Origin: a virus
Lineage: Duplodnaviria > Caudoviricetes
IMG/VR virus record: IMGVR_UViG_3300025687_000056
Coordinates: 1-55,658 of that record
DNA length: 55,658 bases
Reading direction: 5' to 3' (one strand)
Both the position numbers and the translations under genes were made by a program. This document shows, piece after piece, positions 54,166 through 55,658 of the stretch; position 1 is the first letter of the stretch; each line of letters begins with the position of its first letter. The notes under the pieces were generated by a model that was not told the origin of the DNA, made no database searches, and was given only the letters and a program-made list of their open reading frames with translations.

Positions 54166-55658
54166 TTACAAAGTGTTCAAGCCACTAACGTAAATCTTAC
54201 CATAGAATTCAGGACGTAACATCTTCTTGGCGTAACGAGTCAAGAGACCTTTTCTAGGAGTGAAGGTATCAGGATCGTAAACCAATGGAGTCATGATCAA
54301 TGGAATGTATGGAGCAAATACAGCACCAGTTTCCAAGAATTGTGAACCTCTATAGCCCATTAAGATTAAGTTTTCAGTCATGTATGGGTTCTTGTAAACC
54401 TTGTAACGACCGTTAACTGAACCAACTTTCTGTACACCGAATGCATACTCTTCTTGAGCAGCATCACCGTTGTTTGTAGAAGCAAATCCTGGGATTGATT
54501 CCAAGATAGTAGCGATAGTTGGAGAAGTTACTAAGAAGTTTGCACCACCACGTAAAGTTAATTGGTGAATCTTGTTAGATACTTTCTGGATCTTAGTTCC
54601 TAAAGTTTGGAACCACTGACCTTGAGTGTTGTAGAATGGAGAAGCAGCTGTAGTGAAAGCAGTTCCAGCGTTGTTAATAACTTCGTTGTTATTAGCTGAC
54701 CAGTACTCAGTAGCAGCAGCAGCATCTTCGATCAACATATCCAAGATTTCCATATCAATTTCCATTGAAATGTACTCACTCATAATGTTAGTCAATTCAG
54801 CTTCAGCATCGATGTTTTGGTAAGCTGACAAGTCTTGAGCGAACTCAGGAGTCCATACAGCTTTCAATTTCTTAGTCTTAGCAGTGATAGCTTGTGACTG
54901 CATCTTAACGTTGATCTCAGGGATAACGATTTGAGAAGCAGAAGCAGCGTTAGGTACTGAGAAAGCACCATCAGCTTCGAAATCACCACGACCAGATACT
55001 AAACCAGAACCACCGTTGTTACCTGAAGTTACATTCAATCCATCTTGGGAAGTTGACTTCTGATAGAATACAGTGAATGAACCAGAGCAAGTAGCTGTAG
55101 TAGAAGCTGTGTAGTAGAAAGAAACTGTACCAGCAGTGTAGTTGTAAGTAGTGAATTGAGATAACAAGTTAGCTGGAGCGAAAGCACCACCATCAGCTGA
55201 ACCTGAAACTACGAAACCACGAACAGCATCCTGATCGAATGAAGTTAATACAGAAGCAGTAGCTACAGTTACTTTGTAAATACCGTTAGCAACTACAGAA
55301 GCTGAATAATCTGAATCGAAATTCAAGTCAGCCCAAGAAGCGGTAACGATAGAACCAGTTCCAGCAGCGATAGTTGGTAAAGTACCACCTCCGATAGATC
55401 CTGTGAAAGGAACAGAAGCTGAGAATTGGTTAGTAGCGTAAGTGAAACGACCTTCTGGACCACCATACAAACCACCAGCAGCGGCTGGAGTTGAGAATGG
55501 GAATTGAGAAGCAGTGTCTCTAGTTCCGTACAATGATTGACCAGCAGTGAAAGGATTCTTAGTGTTACCATATTGGAAATCCAAGAAGAATACAAGACCT
55601 GAAGGCATGTTCATTGGCTGAACGCTAACAAATTCTTTAGCTACGATAGTACCGAATA
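54166..55658 (-). CDS. major capsid protein (T4 gp23-like), 5'-truncated by the window edge
   Basis: Frame stays open to the edge (FGTIVAKEFVSVQPMNMPSGLVF). Motifs AKTKKLKAVWTPEFAQDL, DAEAEL, APYIPL and FTPRKGLLTRY; C-ending codons (TTC, AAC, ATC) typical of high expression. Confidence 0.95.
   Translation of the reverse strand, partial: FGTIVAKEFVSVQPMNMPSGLVFFLDFQYGNTKNPFTAGQSLYGTRDTASQFPFSTPAAAGGLYGGPEGRFTYATNQFSASVPFTGSIGGGTLPTIAAGTGSIVTASWADLNFDSDYSASVVANGIYKVTVATASVLTSFDQDAVRGFVVSGSADGGAFAPANLLSQFTTYNYTAGTVSFYYTASTTATCSGSFTVFYQKSTSQDGLNVTSGNNGGSGLVSGRGDFEADGAFSVPNAASASQIVIPEINVKMQSQAITAKTKKLKAVWTPEFAQDLSAYQNIDAEAELTNIMSEYISMEIDMEILDMLIEDAAAATEYWSANNNEVINNAGTAFTTAASPFYNTQGQWFQTLGTKIQKVSNKIHQLTLRGGANFLVTSPTIATILESIPGFASTNNGDAAQEEYAFGVQKVGSVNGRYKVYKNPYMTENLILMGYRGSQFLETGAVFAPYIPLIMTPLVYDPDTFTPRKGLLTRYAKKMLRPEFYGKIYVSGLNTL

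Noticed and set aside
3402-55595. Short plus-strand or nested ORFs in the track (e.g. 3413-3769, 10941-11354, 20850-21488, 33951-34349, 55323-55595)
   Set aside because: They lie within or opposite well-supported genes, have no recognisable motifs, and break the uniform minus-strand layout.
1-55658. Stop-codon reassignment (TAG or TGA recoding)
   Set aside because: Conserved genes are full length under the standard code, and TAG/TGA end genes at sensible positions (e.g. 233, 11564, 52377).
1-55658. tRNAs, introns/inteins, homing endonucleases, DGR, integrase or transposase
   Set aside because: No cloverleaf-sized structured intergenic region seen; RNR, helicase and RecA show no obvious insertions; no RT, recombinase or endonuclease motifs recognised.

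Overview
About 55.7 kb of an AT-rich, T4-like large myovirus genome. All credible genes are on the minus strand. Promoter shape, absence of Shine-Dalgarno motifs and the lipoprotein signal type suggest a Bacteroidota/Flavobacteriia host (inference). In transcription order (right to left): (1) gp23-like major capsid protein (5'-truncated), small virion proteins, PhoH and gp13/14/15-like neck genes; (2) a 4182-aa fibre with ~1248 uninterrupted, nearly proline-free Gly-X-Ser triplets and a C-terminal S74 chaperone, plus a putative tip adhesin; (3) a six-gene glycosylation island with its own host-type promoter, including a GT4 fused to an AAH/TibC-type protein O-glycosyltransferase that keeps the CX2CX15CX11C iron finger, and a nucleotidyltransferase-HAD phosphatase-kinase fusion; (4) sheath, tube, a frameshift-type tail chaperone pair, tape measure and baseplate genes; (5) a replication module with a small divergent family-A polymerase, SSB, RecA/UvsX, 5'-3' exonuclease, helicase and class II RNR; (6) accessory genes and the start of a 7-deazaguanine DNA-modification locus (TGT-fold gene, glycosylase, partial queC missed by the ORF track). 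The best candidate for an undescribed system is phage-encoded virion O-glycosylation that builds a potentially micrometre-long Ser/Thr glyco-fibre, with [S/T]-[G/A]-S motifs also concentrated in exposed parts of the capsid, sheath and other virion proteins. All assignments come from motif recognition by eye; no searches were run.
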